Shown here: positions 35,843-37,673 of the stretch, piece by piece
Numbering within the stretch: position 1 is the stretch's first letter
Layout: every line of letters begins with the position of its first letter
Source of the DNA: Candidatus Methylomirabilia bacterium
GTDB lineage: Bacteria > Methylomirabilota > Methylomirabilia > Rokubacteriales > CSP1-6
Assembly (NCBI GenBank): GCA_041492755.1
Contig: JBGPXN010000028.1
Location: 1-37,673, forward strand
DNA length: 37,673 nucleotides
Direction of reading: 5' to 3'
The notes under the pieces: model-generated
Seen by the model: only the letters and a program-made list of their open reading frames with translations
What the model was told of the DNA's origin: nothing
The model's database searches: none
Translations under genes and position numbers: made by a program

Positions 35843-35902
35843 AAGCTGGCGCGTGAGAACCGCCGCCCGCCAGAACGCGACGCCGCGGTGGCCGGGACGC
35901 TG

Positions 35903-36532
35903 ATGGCGTACTACCCGATTTTCGTGGAGCTCGGCGGGCGCCGATGCGTGGTCATCGGCGGGGGCACCGTCGCCGCCCGCAAGGTCGAAGGCCTGCTCGC
36001 CGTCGACGCGGTGGTTCACGTCGTGAGCCCCACCCTGACGTCTGCGCTGACCGCGCTCGTAGCCTCCGGGCGGATCACTCACGAAGCCCGGGACTACCAG
36101 CTCGGCGACCTGGCGGGCGCCGCGCTCGCCTTCTATGCCCTGGCCGATCCGGCCATCGGCGCGACCATCGCGGCCGAGGCGCGCGAGCGGGGCGTGTGGC
36201 TGAACGCCGCCGACGACCCGGCACGATGCAGCTTCATCCTGCCGGCGGTGCTGCGCCGTGGCGTCCTGACCGTCGGCGTCGCCAGCGGTGGCGCGACGCC
36301 CGCGCTCACGCGTCTGCTGCGTGACCACCTCGAGACCGTCCTCGGTCCAGAATGGGCCGCGCTGGGCGACATCGCCGTCGACGCACGCCGCGAACTCCGG
36401 GCGGCCGGGCGCATGGCCGACGGGGAGCGCTGGCGCCGCGCGCTGGGTGCGGACGTGCGCGCGCTGCTCGCGGACGGTCGGCACGAGGAAGCCCGGCGGC
36501 TGCTGCGCGAGTGTCTGGAGAAACCCGCGTGA
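35903..36532 (+). CDS. Precorrin-2 dehydrogenase/sirohydrochlorin ferrochelatase (CysG N-terminal/SirC-like)
   Basis: YYPIF, VIGGGTVAARK, NAADDP...FILPA and SGGATPAL motifs. Confidence 0.9.
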   Translation: MAYYPIFVELGGRRCVVIGGGTVAARKVEGLLAVDAVVHVVSPTLTSALTALVASGRITHEARDYQLGDLAGAALAFYALADPAIGATIAAEARERGVWLNAADDPARCSFILPAVLRRGVLTVGVASGGATPALTRLLRDHLETVLGPEWAALGDIAVDARRELRAAGRMADGERWRRALGADVRALLADGRHEEARRLLRECLEKPA

Positions 36533-37410
36533 TCGGTTCTGTTGCGTTGGTCGGCGCGGGGCCCGGCGACCCGGAGCTCATGACCGTCCGCGGTCTCTCG
36601 CGACTCCGGCGCGCCGACGTGGTCGTCTACGATCGCCTGGTCGACGCTCGCCTGCTCGACGAGGCGCCGCCGGACGCCATCCGCGTCTACGTGGGCAAGA
36701 CCAGCGGCGATCACACGCTGCCCCAAACCCAGATCAACGCCTTGCTCGTGACCCATGCGCGCGAGGGACGCTTCGTCGTGCGGCTCAAGGGCGGCGACCC
36801 CTTCGTGTTCGGTCGCGGCGGGGAAGAAGCCGAGACCCTCACCGCGGCCGGCATCCCGTTCGAAGTCGTTCCCGGTGTGACGTCGGCCATCGCGGTCCCG
36901 GCGGCCGCCGGCATCCCCGTCACGCATCGCGGCGTCGCGTCCTCGTTCGCGGTCGTGACGGGTCACGAGGACGCGTGCGACGATGGCTCGCGCGTCGACT
37001 GGACTCGCCTGGCCAACGCGGTGGACACGCTGGTGATCCTCATGGGCGCGCGGAGCCTCGGACGCATCGCGCAGGCGCTCCTGGACGCCGGGCGTTCCGG
37101 GAGCACGCCCGTCGCCATCGTCCGCCGGGGAACCACCGAGAGTCAGGCGACGCTGGTCGGCCGGCTGGACGAGATCGTCGCACTGGCGGCGACGGCGCGC
37201 ATCGAGCCGCCGGTCGTGATCGTCGTGGGCGAGGTCGTCTCGCTGCGCGAGCGGCTGGGCTGGGAAGGGTTTCGCTCAGCGGCGGCGGCGGGGGTGGATA
37301 CGCGCGGAGAGACGGGTCATCCGCCGGTCGAGCTTTCCGATCTCGTCGGCGGTCTCGACGCGATGCCGATCGAGCTTCTGGTCGACCATCGTCACGCCTT
37401 CGGCCACTAG
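36529..37410 (+). CDS. cobA: Uroporphyrinogen-III C-methyltransferase
   Basis: [32 protein letters not shown] and IPVTHRG motifs; GTGA overlap with the previous gene. Confidence 0.92.
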   Translation: MIGSVALVGAGPGDPELMTVRGLSRLRRADVVVYDRLVDARLLDEAPPDAIRVYVGKTSGDHTLPQTQINALLVTHAREGRFVVRLKGGDPFVFGRGGEEAETLTAAGIPFEVVPGVTSAIAVPAAAGIPVTHRGVASSFAVVTGHEDACDDGSRVDWTRLANAVDTLVILMGARSLGRIAQALLDAGRSGSTPVAIVRRGTTESQATLVGRLDEIVALAATARIEPPVVIVVGEVVSLRERLGWEGFRSAAAAGVDTRGETGHPPVELSDLVGGLDAMPIELLVDHRHAFGH

Positions 37411-37673
37411 CTCGACCTTGGTCTGAAGGCCCTCCGCGAGCACGCCGAACCAGCGACGGTCGTCCGCCGAGACTCGATCGATGTGCTGCCGGAGCCCAGT
37501 CTCAACATCGACCAGCCGGCCTTCCAGGCCTTCGATGTGCTGGTCCACGGCGCCGATGCGCTCGTCCAGGGCGCCGACGTGCTGGGCCAGGGCGCCGACA
37601 TGCTGGTCCAGGGCGCCGATACGCTCGTCCATGACTCCGACGCGCTCGTCCAGGGCCCCGATGCGCTCGTCCA
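37276..37673 (-). CDS. Heptad-repeat coiled-coil hypothetical protein, 5' end beyond the window
   Basis: (LDERIGA)n repeats followed by [21 protein letters not shown]. Confidence 0.7.
   Translation of the reverse strand, partial: DERIGALDERVGVMDERIGALDQHVGALAQHVGALDERIGAVDQHIEGLEGRLVDVETGLRQHIDRVSADDRRWFGVLAEGLQTKVELVAEGVTMVDQKLDRHRVETADEIGKLDRRMTRLSARIHPRRRR
37527..37673 (-). repeat. Seven imperfect 21-bp tandem repeats (coding)
   Basis: Plus-strand units resembling GGGCGCCGATGCGCTCGTCCA at exact 21-nt period up to the window end. Confidence 0.9.

Noticed and set aside
37527..37673. Possible CRISPR array
   Set aside because: Contiguous degenerate 21-mers with no spacers, in frame with a protein; no cas genes.

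Overview
High-GC bacterial window with about 30 CDSs and no rRNA, tRNA, CRISPR array or recognisable transposase or integrase. The gene mix (hydantoinase/oxoprolinase A+B, form II CoxL-like molybdoenzyme, MlrC/M81, enolase-superfamily racemase, NIPSNAP, gentisate dioxygenase-like cupin, hydroxyacid oxidases and dehydrogenases) suggests a soil heterotroph such as Ca. Rokubacteria; this is inference from gene content, not proof. The standout is a minus-strand three-gene operon (8740-15061) behind a candidate sigma54 promoter. It encodes three signal-peptide proteins: a beta-propeller/Ig-repeat/PKD scaffold, a small partner protein, and a 1051-aa protein with a Zn-phospholipase C/S1-P1-like catalytic motif set. 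It is a candidate uncharacterised secreted effector or enzyme complex. Other points: a small zinc-ribbon ORF with no RBS heading a sulfite/nitrite reductase-siroheme operon, AlgR-like LytTR boxes, repeated leaderless-type promoters (one before an ATC-initiated ycaQ-like gene), four gene-remnant scars, a lower-GC islet, and several single-base frameshifts that may be assembly errors. All calls come from motif recognition by eye; no database searches were run.
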